Source of the DNA: a virus
Taxonomy: Duplodnaviria > Caudoviricetes
Virus record (IMG/VR): IMGVR_UViG_3300031643_000002
Span: 1-46,850 of that record
DNA: 46,850 nt
Reading direction: 5' to 3' (one strand)
The translations under genes and the position numbers were made by a program. Below are positions 15,847 to 24,736 of the stretch, one piece after another. Every line of letters starts with the position of its first letter. Positions within the stretch are counted from its first letter, which is position 1. Below the pieces are notes generated by a model. It was not told the origin of the DNA, searched no databases, and saw nothing but the letters and a program-made list of their open reading frames with translations.

Positions 15847-15932
15847 AACAAAAACCCCTTTCAACCACAGTGGTATACACCACGTGGTGTACCATTTACG
15901 ACCACAGTGGGATACCCCACGCGGTGTTCCAT

Positions 15933-16325
15933 TTATGATATTTTCTCCGAATCGCCTGAAAAGATTTGAGTCAGGCATTGAAATAGAGCAAGTAATTCTT
16001 GCGGTGCTTCTACATCTTGATTTTTCGATGCGTAACTTTCCCAATATTCTTTTATTTCAGTCCTCTCAGATATCAGGCGGTCGATTTCATCTTCGTTTCC
16101 GCATACGTGCATCACTTCAACAATAGAATCCAGTCGCATTAAATCTTCGTTTCCGCATTGTGGACAGCAACCATCCCGAGAACCCAATACATCCTGTTCC
16201 TCATTCGTTCCGTACCATTTACAGGAACCACAAACCCATAGTTCCGATAAAGGAGTGCGATAATTATTCATCGACCCAGTTTCGCTCGGCTCCTGATTTA
16301 TGGCTTCTGAATTCTCCATTCTCAA
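15933..16325 (-). CDS. Zn-ribbon hypothetical protein
   Basis: CGSC...CPQCG. Confidence 0.7.
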   Translation of the reverse strand: MRMENSEAINQEPSETGSMNNYRTPLSELWVCGSCKWYGTNEEQDVLGSRDGCCPQCGNEDLMRLDSIVEVMHVCGNEDEIDRLISERTEIKEYWESYASKNQDVEAPQELLALFQCLTQIFSGDSEKIS

Positions 16326-16337
16326 TTCTCAATTATC

Positions 16338-16589
16338 CTACGAATCCGGCTCCTTCATTTTTTCCGGATTGTTGTTTCTGAAATTCGTAAAGTCATTGAC
16401 AGTCTTCATCACGTTCCTGCGATGCTCAAGATTCACACAGATTGATACATACGCCATAAGCGTAGCCAACGCGTTCCTGTCCTGGGCCCGCAAAATAAAC
16501 AGCGGCTCATCATCCGGCACCGGAACACTATCGGAACGCCTGACAAGTCTATTTTCCAGGATTTTGTACTTCCGCTCTCGCATTCTCAA
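16338..16589 (-). CDS. Conserved phage hypothetical protein
   Basis: DEPLFILRAQD...KEPD motif. Confidence 0.75.
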   Translation of the reverse strand: MRMRERKYKILENRLVRRSDSVPVPDDEPLFILRAQDRNALATLMAYVSICVNLEHRRNVMKTVNDFTNFRNNNPEKMKEPDS

Positions 16590-16860
16590 TCACTCCTTTC
16601 GCCTGGTCTTCCCGCCGCCATTGATTTACCATAATCGATATTTTGACCTGATCGACCACCCGCGGCTCTTCAAAGAACATCTTGACACCTTCTCTCAAAG
16701 TCATGCCATATTCGGGACTGGCCATCCTCATTTCGATATAAGATTTCGGCTTCCGATCCTTCGCAGCACAGCCCGAAACCGAGCAGATAACGATCAGGAT
16801 TATCAACGAGCAGATAATGACGATTATCAATGAAATTAATTGGTTCGGTTGATTTTTCAT
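16549..16860 (-). CDS. Predicted lipoprotein
   Basis: Hydrophobic leader and lipobox VSGC. Confidence 0.65.
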   Translation of the reverse strand: MKNQPNQLISLIIVIICSLIILIVICSVSGCAAKDRKPKSYIEMRMASPEYGMTLREGVKMFFEEPRVVDQVKISIMVNQWRREDQAKGVIENARAEVQNPGK

Positions 16861-16885
16861 TTTAGTCCTTTATTCGGTTTATCAT

Positions 16886-17878
16886 TCATGATTCTTTCCG
16901 AGGTCTCCAGTAAAAGATGGAAAATCTGTGGAGAGAGTAGATAGCCAAAAAGGCAAAACAAACAGATGCAATGGATATGGCCCAGACGTAGAAGATATGT
17001 TGTTGGTTTCCGGCATCCCACGTATGAGGTACCATTATGGTTTCACCATCAACTACCTGCTCCACATCATACTTGATTGCGAGGTTAATTACCCCGAACA
17101 GGCATGAATTCGCATAGCCAATGCCCTTGCGAATCCACGGATACAAATATATGATGACCAGAGACATACCATACAACAACCATAGGGTTCCGGCCATTCT
17201 AATAACGTGCTTCACTTTCTTTAACATTGTTTTCTCCTTTTTAACTTTGGGTTCTTTGGGTTTCCAGTTTGAATAATTAGACCAACCACTACATGAATTG
17301 CATGGTTCGGCACGGCCCGAGATCGCTAAGTATTTGCACGTGCCGCAACTCTTTTTTGGCTTTTCTGGCTCTTTGGGTTCTTTGGGGGTGAACTCAGTAC
17401 AGTGAGTGCTGAAATTGGTGTATAATTCCATGCACTCACACCAGTTAGCTTTTCCGTCCAAAGAAACTCTGGTGTCGTCCCAATGTATACATTCTGAGCA
17501 ACCATTCTTGGGCTTCTCCTGCTCTTCGGGCTTCTCTACAGGCTTCCATTCAGAGTAATGATCACACTTTTTATTTATTTCTGGAAACGCAATACCACAA
17601 CCTTCTCTTGTTTCGTTATTGAAGTGGCTATACCTGCATGTAAGGCATTGCTTCCTGACTTTCTTTGGCTCTGGTTCTTTGGGCTTCTTGGGGGTGAAGT
17701 TAGAGCATTTGTCTATGTTACCATAGTACTCATAACAACCGAGCCTTTTTTTCTCTCGGCAGAACATTATCGCTTTCTTTCCATCCGCGGTTCGCTCCGG
17801 CCCATCGTAAAACTCGTAGTATTCGCAGTTCTTACAAGTTATTTCTTGACTTTCTCTGTCCACTTTGTTATCCTTCAC
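16886..17878 (-). CDS. Cys-repeat protein fused to a two-TM membrane domain (internal start 17227)
   Basis: Four CxxC...C...PK repeats; AAGGAG RBS before internal ATG. Confidence 0.7.
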   Translation of the reverse strand: MKDNKVDRESQEITCKNCEYYEFYDGPERTADGKKAIMFCREKKRLGCYEYYGNIDKCSNFTPKKPKEPEPKKVRKQCLTCRYSHFNNETREGCGIAFPEINKKCDHYSEWKPVEKPEEQEKPKNGCSECIHWDDTRVSLDGKANWCECMELYTNFSTHCTEFTPKEPKEPEKPKKSCGTCKYLAISGRAEPCNSCSGWSNYSNWKPKEPKVKKEKTMLKKVKHVIRMAGTLWLLYGMSLVIIYLYPWIRKGIGYANSCLFGVINLAIKYDVEQVVDGETIMVPHTWDAGNQQHIFYVWAISIASVCFAFLAIYSLHRFSIFYWRPRKES

Positions 17879-17922
17879 TTATGAACCCGCAAGACTTTAC
17901 AATCGCGGGAACGGAATCCCTG

Positions 17923-18044
17923 AAAATAAAAATGGCCCGCCGTCCAGAGAGATGCTTTGGTAACGGCTGCCTGAACTTAGCGGGCCGGACTCTTAGAGTT
18001 TCTTCGGGGTTGTTAAATCCATTTGATGTCACAGCCGTTACCAT
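17923..18044 (-). promoter_or_regulatory. Attenuator-like leader 2 (A-B-A'-B'-polyU) with 58 aa leader ORF 18044..17868
   Basis: TGGTAACGGCTG 18043-18032 pairs with 17969-17958; GGCCCGC/GCGGGCC then T tract. Confidence 0.6.
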
Positions 18045-18081
18045 TGTCTGTATCCTAAACTTGATTAACTTTTATATTGTT

Positions 18082-18133
18082 ATTATCGACTATACGCGGT
18101 GGATTTGTCAAGAGAAAATTTCAGAAATTTTCT
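18082..18133 (-). promoter_or_regulatory. Early promoter with adjacent palindromic operator
   Basis: TTGACA-18 nt-GATAAT; perfect inverted repeat AGAAAATTTC-A-GAAATTTTCT at 18113-18133. Confidence 0.6.
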
Positions 18134-18191
18134 ATAAATTTTTAATAATGTCGTTTTACATCGCAATAACAGGGATTTATAACTAAAAAAT

Positions 18192-18416
18192 ATGAGAAGA
18201 CCAGATCAAAAAAATTTCGGTGTCAATATAAATGAGGAGATTGCCGATACTTTCTCCGAGCAGGTCGAGTCTCGTGGTCAAAAAAAATTTCGTGCTCTCG
18301 AAGGTGCTTTAAGGCTATGGGTCAATTTGCCGAATGAAATACAGGCAATCCTGATTTCCTGCCCTGATTTTGATGTTCGGCAGACGCAGACTATTACTTC
18401 CAACTGGGCGGCCTAA
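18192..18416 (+). CDS. Ribbon-helix-helix-like regulator (repressor candidate)
   Basis: KNFGVNINEEIADTF...RALEGALRLW pattern; divergent from the early promoter. Confidence 0.55.
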   Translation: MRRPDQKNFGVNINEEIADTFSEQVESRGQKKFRALEGALRLWVNLPNEIQAILISCPDFDVRQTQTITSNWAA

Positions 18417-18503
18417 ATAACCTGACAATGAAACCGGCCAGTCTCATAAATAGAACGAATATATCGCCGAATAACCGGCATAACCAATGCTCTTTCGGGT
18501 AAT

Positions 18504-18752
18504 TCACTGCGATTCTCCTTCCAGATCCAAAAGATACTCGAAATAGCCCTGTGTAATGAGAATGCCCTTAAACGGAGCGGGCTCGTTGACATCAAGTACG
18601 GCAATTCTACGAGAGTCGTTTACGTAGACGATTTCGCTTCCCGCAGAGTTGCAGCCATTCACGGCGAAGTGCGTGAAAATGGTCATCGAAGCCAGCATTA
18701 AGAGCATCAGACATCGCTTGGCGCTTGTTTTCAATCTTGGATTCGAGTTCAT
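18504..18752 (-). CDS. Lipoprotein, o-spanin (Rz1-like) candidate
   Basis: Lipobox VNGC; overlaps the 3' half of the i-spanin gene in another frame. Confidence 0.6.
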   Translation of the reverse strand: MNSNPRLKTSAKRCLMLLMLASMTIFTHFAVNGCNSAGSEIVYVNDSRRIAVLDVNEPAPFKGILITQGYFEYLLDLEGESQ

Positions 18753-18861
18753 CTATCTGCTCCTGTAATTTGTCTGTTTTCGTGGGCCTCGACTTTAGTA
18801 GATAGACAATCGCTACGGCCACGGCTGTCAATGCGCCCAGAAATAGCTTAAATGTAGTCAT
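18607..18861 (-). CDS. i-spanin (Rz-like) candidate
   Basis: N-terminal TM followed by coiled coil. Confidence 0.6.
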   Translation of the reverse strand: MTTFKLFLGALTAVAVAIVYLLKSRPTKTDKLQEQIDELESKIENKRQAMSDALNAGFDDHFHALRREWLQLCGKRNRLRKRLS

Positions 18862-19055
18862 TTCGGTCGATCTGATGGTGTTTTTGTATTCAAGGCGATA
18901 TGCTTCGAGATAAACTTGAGCTTCGGTAAAAGCCAATTGTCATCCTTTAAGGTGGGTGTCAATTTGACAATGATCGAAGCAGCCGCAATTATACAGGCTA
19001 TCGCCTTTGCAATTTCATCCCAATTCTGCTGAATAAATTCAATCAACTTTTCCAT
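18858..19055 (-). CDS. Holin-like membrane protein
   Basis: NW...TM...KLTPTLKDD; position in lysis cassette. Confidence 0.55.
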   Translation of the reverse strand: MEKLIEFIQQNWDEIAKAIACIIAAASIIVKLTPTLKDDNWLLPKLKFISKHIALNTKTPSDRPK

Positions 19056-19209
19056 AGTTATTTCCTTTCTCAAGCACCTTCTGGAGTTCGTGAACCGCCA
19101 ATTCGACATTGGCAGCCCTGAGCTTGGCGTCCCCTATATCTAAATGATTATGTTCGTTAAGCTTATGGAGCTCCTCGTATAACCGGCTTATATGCCGTTT
19201 CGGACTCAT
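19039..19209 (-). CDS. Hypothetical protein (56 aa)
   Basis: Manual translation MSPKRHISRLYEELHKL...; overlaps both neighbours. Confidence 0.55.
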   Translation of the reverse strand: MSPKRHISRLYEELHKLNEHNHLDIGDAKLRAANVELAVHELQKVLEKGNNYGKVD

Positions 19210-19415
19210 TTCTCTCCCTCAAGTATCTTTAGAATACGCGAGATGTTCGTCTCCATTGTAGAGACTTTTTCTTCGAATTTTATCCTATGTTCAGTGTTAG
19301 CCTTGACTTCCGGTTCCATATCATTGACCGTCTTATAGAGCGCCCCGACAGCTATCAATACACCCGCTACAGTGATTATCCATTTCATTGCCCCGTTGAG
19401 TCTTGTCTTTGCCAT
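19206..19415 (-). CDS. Single-TM coiled-coil protein (holin/XhlA-like)
   Basis: WIITVAGVLIAVGALY plus coiled coil. Confidence 0.6.
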   Translation of the reverse strand: MAKTRLNGAMKWIITVAGVLIAVGALYKTVNDMEPEVKANTEHRIKFEEKVSTMETNISRILKILEGEK

Positions 19416-19468
19416 CTTAAATCCCTTGTATTTTTTTCTTGACTTTCACGATCAAAATATGGTAATTT

Positions 19469-19726
19469 ATGATTATGGAATTTTTCAAATTAACGTTATT
19501 TTTGGTTCTCTTTTTTATTATTCTTGATGATTGTTTATGCCGTTATGACATCTATAAATATAAAAAAAGAGACAAATCCCAAAATTATCACTCCATTACC
19601 CATCATTTTATCCCTAAAATCGTATCGCTATTTGCGGGTGTATCACTTCTCTTGTGGATATTCTGGTTCTTAATAATACCATTGATTAGATGGTTTTTAG
19701 AAGCCGCGGCCTCCATAACCTCTTAA
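19469..19726 (+). CDS. AT-rich two-TM membrane protein (moron-like)
   Basis: Opposite strand; TTGACT...TGgTAATTT promoter-like sequence at 19439-19468. Confidence 0.6.
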   Translation: MIMEFFKLTLFLVLFFIILDDCLCRYDIYKYKKRDKSQNYHSITHHFIPKIVSLFAGVSLLLWIFWFLIIPLIRWFLEAAASITS

Positions 19727-21649
19727 TTCCCGTAAAGTAACTTCAGGCGTTTTGTTTTGCTTCATTTCTTTCTCTATTTTATATTTAGCCCGAATCAATC
19801 GCGTCATTAAAGCTGCTGCTTCCGGCGAATATCGAGGCATTTTCATTCCCGTACTTAATAATTTAGACCACTTCGGATTAGCTATCATACGGGACAATAC
19901 TGTCGGAGCTATTAAAACAACTCCACTTTCGCTTGTTAATTCAGGGAGCTTGCCGGAAATAAGCTGCATGGCCGCCCCCGCTTGCATTAACTGTATAACT
20001 ACGCCCCCGCTCCCGCCTGTAGGTCTTTGTAATATTTCTCCTACACGGCCTATGTCTCTTATTGAGGCAATCTCCTGTCCGTTAAAAATTGTCTTCAGGG
20101 TACTATCACCCATTTTATTAAGACGCTTCAAAAAACTTTTCCCCAATACCACACCATCAGCATTTGAGCCTTCCTTAATAAGAGTTTCGAGATATGAAGT
20201 CTTTAGCGTATTCCATGTTTTTGGATCTATAACTGCTTTTACTGCTTTTATTTGCTTGCTTGCTCCCGGCCGGAATATTTTCTTAACGGCTACTTCCGGG
20301 TTTTCGGCAAGTGACTTAGTAAGTGATTTGACAATTTTTTTATTAAACTTTTCTTGGCCTTCCCGATAGAATTTATTGGCTATCCGCCACGCATTCAGCG
20401 CTTCGGGTGAAAACTCTTTCGACCCTTTTTCTATTGCGCTATCTGTCTGTTTAATAAACTGACTTGCAATTCCTAAGGCCTTGTCTCGCGTCACCGCCAT
20501 AGCAGATCGTTCATCTAACAAGGCGGAGCGCAACGCCTGGGCCTGCCGGAAAGTAATAGAATCATCTAATTGTAAGACTTTTTTTAACAGAGTATCCCCG
20601 GCGGTTGTGCTGCCGATACCTTTGCGAATAGCGGCGTCTTTCATTCTTATACGAGCAAACTTTTTCATGTCAACCAAAGAAACTTTTACGCCTTTGCCTA
20701 ATTTGTCTACTTTAGCATAAGCCGCTTTCGCCGTCGCTTTGAAAACCGACCTCTTGCCTTCTATAGTGTCAAGAAGTAAATCTCCCACATCTTCCGGCGA
20801 CATTTGCTTTTTAGTACCTTTTGCGATTTGCTCTACTATATCATCCACATATCGACTAAATGCTTCGGGCTGTCCTATAGTTTTTAATCTTTGTAGCTTA
20901 CCGCCACCAAAAAAGGACTTTTCCGCCATACCCTCTATGGTGTCTATAATTCGTGATTCCGTCATTTGGGCAGGCGTTAAATGCGCTCCACGTTTTAGAA
21001 GCTCTCGATTCAGCCTTGTTGCGCCGGGCAAAACTCGTTTCTTTAGAGGAGCTAATAATTTACCACCCGCTCCTGCTATGCCACGACCAACAAGCTCCGA
21101 TGCACCTTCTTCTATACCTGCTATGACTTGTTCGTTATAAATCTCACTCAATGACATCGATTTATTGCGGCCGATCATTCGATATGCCTGTTGGTATCCC
21201 TTACCCCCCATTCCACCTAAAAACGCCCCTGCTGTTGCTCCGCCTGTCACGGCTAAGCCCTTTAATAAAGGGTGGCCGGGCATTCTTGCTCCCGCCTGTG
21301 CGCCGATTTTAGCACCGGCTATTCCACCAACAGTCCCACCTGCCATTTGGGGTAATTCTTTTTTAAGATTACCAAAAAAAGTATCATCAACAGGCTCTAT
21401 TCGGCCTGACCGAATCATCGCATCCAGCAATTGCCCCTTCTCGGCTTGCTGGTTTGCGGTTATTTCTTCCTCAGTAAGCGGAACCGAACGAATACCGGAA
21501 GGAGTTATACCGGAAACAGACATAAATCTATTAGCAAATTCAGGATAAGGGACATGCGAATAATGCTTTTCATGCAAAGTCTTCGCAAGTGTCGTATCGT
21601 CAACATGATCGTATTCAGGATAATTTTCTCTGAATTCTTTTATATTCAT
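19697..21649 (-). CDS. Internal virion / DNA ejection protein (large)
   Basis: IKEFRENYPEYDHVDDTTLA N-terminal motif; Gly/Ala-rich segment; helical; position after tail genes. Confidence 0.7.
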   Translation of the reverse strand: MNIKEFRENYPEYDHVDDTTLAKTLHEKHYSHVPYPEFANRFMSVSGITPSGIRSVPLTEEEITANQQAEKGQLLDAMIRSGRIEPVDDTFFGNLKKELPQMAGGTVGGIAGAKIGAQAGARMPGHPLLKGLAVTGGATAGAFLGGMGGKGYQQAYRMIGRNKSMSLSEIYNEQVIAGIEEGASELVGRGIAGAGGKLLAPLKKRVLPGATRLNRELLKRGAHLTPAQMTESRIIDTIEGMAEKSFFGGGKLQRLKTIGQPEAFSRYVDDIVEQIAKGTKKQMSPEDVGDLLLDTIEGKRSVFKATAKAAYAKVDKLGKGVKVSLVDMKKFARIRMKDAAIRKGIGSTTAGDTLLKKVLQLDDSITFRQAQALRSALLDERSAMAVTRDKALGIASQFIKQTDSAIEKGSKEFSPEALNAWRIANKFYREGQEKFNKKIVKSLTKSLAENPEVAVKKIFRPGASKQIKAVKAVIDPKTWNTLKTSYLETLIKEGSNADGVVLGKSFLKRLNKMGDSTLKTIFNGQEIASIRDIGRVGEILQRPTGGSGGVVIQLMQAGAAMQLISGKLPELTSESGVVLIAPTVLSRMIANPKWSKLLSTGMKMPRYSPEAAALMTRLIRAKYKIEKEMKQNKTPEVTLRELRGYGGRGF

Positions 21650-22545
21650 TAGAGTCCCAATCCTAATGGATCCTCACTTTTTCTTATATTCTTGTTCGAT
21701 ATTTCAACCCCCGGTGGCCGTATGCCTGATTGTCCCAATACCTCTTTTCGTCTTTTTTGGAGCATCTCAAGATTTTTATAACTTTGTTCCCATTTAGCTT
21801 CCCATCGGGCAGGCGGATCGGTTATAAGCGGGATTTGTTTCTTGATACGATTTGCTTCTACTTCGCTCATTTGAGCGCCCGTAATCTCTTTGATTATGGC
21901 ATTTTGGAATGCAAAAGTAGCTGCCATCATATCTTCCTGTTCCTTGGTAGTCAATCCCGCCAGCCCCAATACCGGAGTTATACGACCTGCTATTGGTCCT
22001 GTTTTTGTCTTTACATTATCATACAATTTCTTCAAATTATTAAGGGCATCTATACTGGCATTTGTCTCTGCTATCGCCGTTCTTTCCGCTGGCGAAGCCT
22101 TGCCTATATTGACCGTAGTAGAAGATACTTTTGCCGATGGATGCTCAGTAGTCTCTATCCCTCCTGTTCTCGGATCGAAAACTGATGTCACATCACCCGT
22201 AGAAATCGCTCGATAGCCCGGTGAATCTGGTGTTATGAATTTTATTTCGCCCAAAGGCCCGTATTGCATTATAGTCCCTTCGGGTTGTTTATAAGGATTC
22301 TCTTTAGGAAGAACTACGGGCGGACTCCATTGCCGTTGCATCTGTTGTTGTATCTGTGCCTGTGCCGCCAAACTGCCGTATCGCCGACTCCTAAGATCAT
22401 CGTATTTGCCTTGACTTAATTGCTTCAAGTCATAAGCTTCCTTAGTTCTTTCCGAACCAGCCATCCAGTTCTTTATCGCCGGTCCGAGCCAGTCCCATTG
22501 ACCCCGCATTTGAATCGGCGGCGGTGCCCATCCGTAAAAACTCAT
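21649..22545 (-). CDS. Internal virion / ejection protein
   Basis: Helical; ITGAQMSEVE motif; ends DPLGLGL. Confidence 0.65.
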   Translation of the reverse strand: MSFYGWAPPPIQMRGQWDWLGPAIKNWMAGSERTKEAYDLKQLSQGKYDDLRSRRYGSLAAQAQIQQQMQRQWSPPVVLPKENPYKQPEGTIMQYGPLGEIKFITPDSPGYRAISTGDVTSVFDPRTGGIETTEHPSAKVSSTTVNIGKASPAERTAIAETNASIDALNNLKKLYDNVKTKTGPIAGRITPVLGLAGLTTKEQEDMMAATFAFQNAIIKEITGAQMSEVEANRIKKQIPLITDPPARWEAKWEQSYKNLEMLQKRRKEVLGQSGIRPPGVEISNKNIRKSEDPLGLGL

Positions 22546-22557
22546 ATTTATCCCTTT

Positions 22558-23775
22558 CTAACCAAATATATTCGGATTACCAAGGAATCCGCCACCAAGC
22601 GTAGCAAGCGATGGTAATATCTGGCTCGCCATGCTTGGAGTTTGCGTGCCCGGCATCCCGATATAACTATAAGATGGTGTAAATGATTGGTTCATTAACA
22701 TTTGTACTCGTGGGTCCATGCCCGGTAGCCCCATTTGCCATTTCTGGAACTCGCCCGTAACATCTTGCTGAGCAAGCGCCTGCTGTTGGCTCGCTATATC
22801 GGTACCTAAGCCTAAGCCGCTAAGTCCACCCTGTAATTGAGTTTGTGCGCCTTGAAGTCCTAACCCCATACCACTAAGCCCACCCTGTAATTGAGTTTGT
22901 GCGCCTTGAAGTCCTAACCCCATACCACTAAGCCCACCCTGCATCTGCGATTGAGCGGCTTGTAATTGTCGAGTTCTGTCATCCTGGGCCGCTCCGAAAG
23001 CTTGTGGCGCCATTTGGGCATTAAGGCCAAGACCCATTTGGGCGCCTGCCCGACCGAGAGCATCGTACATGCCGGAACTTCTCGCAGAATCCTGGGCTCC
23101 GAAAGCATTGGCTATCTCAGGAATTGTCTGGGTTTGAAATTGATTTTGCGCATAAGCAGATAACGGATCGCCTACCTGTGACATATAATCATCGTAGTTC
23201 CATCCCGGCTGATTTAATCCTTCCATGCCCTGTTGATAACCGCTTTGTGCCGTACCAAGAGCCCCCGATGGTATTTGTGAACCACTTAACCCCTGCTGAT
23301 AACCGCTTTGTGCCGTACCAAGAACCCCCGATGGTATTTGTGAACCACTTAACCCCTGCTGATAACCTTGAGCGGCACCGGATGTTAATGCTCCTGATAA
23401 ATTCTGTATTTGTTGCGTAAGAGGTTGTGTTTCCGCCGTTAAACTAAACGATGGTGTCGGTCCGGCTTGAGTTAATAAACCCTCTTGTCCCTGTGGATAT
23501 TGACTGGCTGACTTTATTTGAGACTCCAGATCGGCGATTTGTTGATCGGCCACCGCTGCATTCTGTGGGTACTTTGCCCACCAGTCGGGAGAGGCATATC
23601 GCAGTCGTTTTATTTCGGCTAAAGTCTTTTCTAATTGCGGTACGTTTACGTCTGATACCGCCGGCGCGCCGCCAAGTAAAACGTTCATCTGGTCCTGTAA
23701 TTGCTGTTGCAGAGGACTTAATGTTTGTAACTTTTGAACAGACGCAGGAGTTGTCTCTGTTTCCCAAAAACTCAT
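22558..23775 (-). CDS. Gln/Gly-rich pilot/ejection protein
   Basis: Low-complexity Q/G; 54-bp (22826-22940) and 63-bp (23234-23367) tandem repeats. Confidence 0.65.
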   Translation of the reverse strand: MSFWETETTPASVQKLQTLSPLQQQLQDQMNVLLGGAPAVSDVNVPQLEKTLAEIKRLRYASPDWWAKYPQNAAVADQQIADLESQIKSASQYPQGQEGLLTQAGPTPSFSLTAETQPLTQQIQNLSGALTSGAAQGYQQGLSGSQIPSGVLGTAQSGYQQGLSGSQIPSGALGTAQSGYQQGMEGLNQPGWNYDDYMSQVGDPLSAYAQNQFQTQTIPEIANAFGAQDSARSSGMYDALGRAGAQMGLGLNAQMAPQAFGAAQDDRTRQLQAAQSQMQGGLSGMGLGLQGAQTQLQGGLSGMGLGLQGAQTQLQGGLSGLGLGTDIASQQQALAQQDVTGEFQKWQMGLPGMDPRVQMLMNQSFTPSYSYIGMPGTQTPSMASQILPSLATLGGGFLGNPNIFG

Positions 23776-23789
23776 TTTTAATCTCCAAG

Positions 23790-23886
23790 TTTTTTCCTTC
23801 GTTTCGGCTTAATAAAAAAAGCCCCGACATGCCCACGTGAGCGTGTCGAGGCTGTTCGTTACAATACCTCAGTTTTCTAACTAATT
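23790..23886 (-). terminator. Conserved late terminator/attenuator element, copy 1
   Basis: AATTAGTTAG..AGGTA..GTAAC, hairpin, T7ATTAA, AAACGAAGGAAAAAA; homologous to 39874-39971. Confidence 0.75.
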
Positions 23887-23920
23887 ATTTCTTTAACTTA
23901 CCTCTATATTTTCAGTTAAT

Positions 23921-24736
23921 TTAATTTATATAAATTACCTGTCCTACCGAAGGTACCCCGCCAATCCCCCCGTACCACCAGACGGGAAAGGCTTCCTGTA
24001 TGAAACAGAACGGATTTCTGTATAACTCAGCGATTTCGCTGGCAGATAGGGCACGGTTGTAAATCATTACATGGTCTATCTTTCCGAAGTAACTCAAACC
24101 CGGAGTTGAGTCAGCGGTTACTGCCATAGATGCACGGTCAGGAGCATGGTCAGTCCATGCAACAGCACTCGATCCGACTCCGCCACCATTAACGTAAGCC
24201 TTACGGGAAGTTAGTGACTCAAATACAACAACGCCCTGAGTCCAAGTCCCATAAGAATACGTGCCAACCGAATCACAAAATTTATTACCGCCATCATAAA
24301 CAAAAGCACTGACAACAGTACCTCTTGCCATGAGTGCAAGGTAATGAGTTTGCGATGAGTTAGCTATACTCACGACGGAATTAGTAGTATATGGCGAAGT
24401 ATGATTAAACCATGCCAGAAGTGTGTATGGAGGTGCAGCCATATTGATTGGAGCGTAAATAGTATCAGCAGTCCACGCTGATATTCCTGGCCCAAACTTG
24501 CCGGCTGTCCAAGATGGTTCTGCCGCACCAACTCCAAATACGCCCGTATTCCCATTCCCGCTCAAATCCTGAACTACATTCCCCGCGCCCTCGTTCATCA
24601 GCCAGCAGCCGACGAGACCTTTGGTTAAAGGATTGTTCCAGTCAATCTGCTGACCGAGCATGGGCTTTTGCTGATAAGACCACTGCCCAAAAGCCGTTGA
24701 ACACAATAATAATAAGATTAGTATTTTCCTTATCAT
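23921..24736 (-). CDS. LamG/concanavalin-like tail-associated protein with signal peptide
   Basis: GLVGCWLMNEGAG...DLSGNGNTG...GKIDHVMIYNRALSASEI; leader MIRKILILLLLCSTAFG|Q. Confidence 0.85.
   Translation of the reverse strand: MIRKILILLLLCSTAFGQWSYQQKPMLGQQIDWNNPLTKGLVGCWLMNEGAGNVVQDLSGNGNTGVFGVGAAEPSWTAGKFGPGISAWTADTIYAPINMAAPPYTLLAWFNHTSPYTTNSVVSIANSSQTHYLALMARGTVVSAFVYDGGNKFCDSVGTYSYGTWTQGVVVFESLTSRKAYVNGGGVGSSAVAWTDHAPDRASMAVTADSTPGLSYFGKIDHVMIYNRALSASEIAELYRNPFCFIQEAFPVWWYGGIGGVPSVGQVIYIN

Larger units (their letters stand above)
15229..15926. repeat. Four copies of a palindromic repeat CC(A/G)CAGTGG(G/T)A(T/C)AC(C/A)CCACG(T/C)GGT
   Basis: Copies at about 15263-15288, 15475-15500, 15864-15888, 15901-15925; first two extend to about 60 bp (15229-15288, 15441-15500). 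Confidence 0.9.

Noticed and set aside
15229-15926. CRISPR array
   Set aside because: Spacing is irregular (about 210, 390 and 37 bp), intervals contain ORFs, and there are no cas genes
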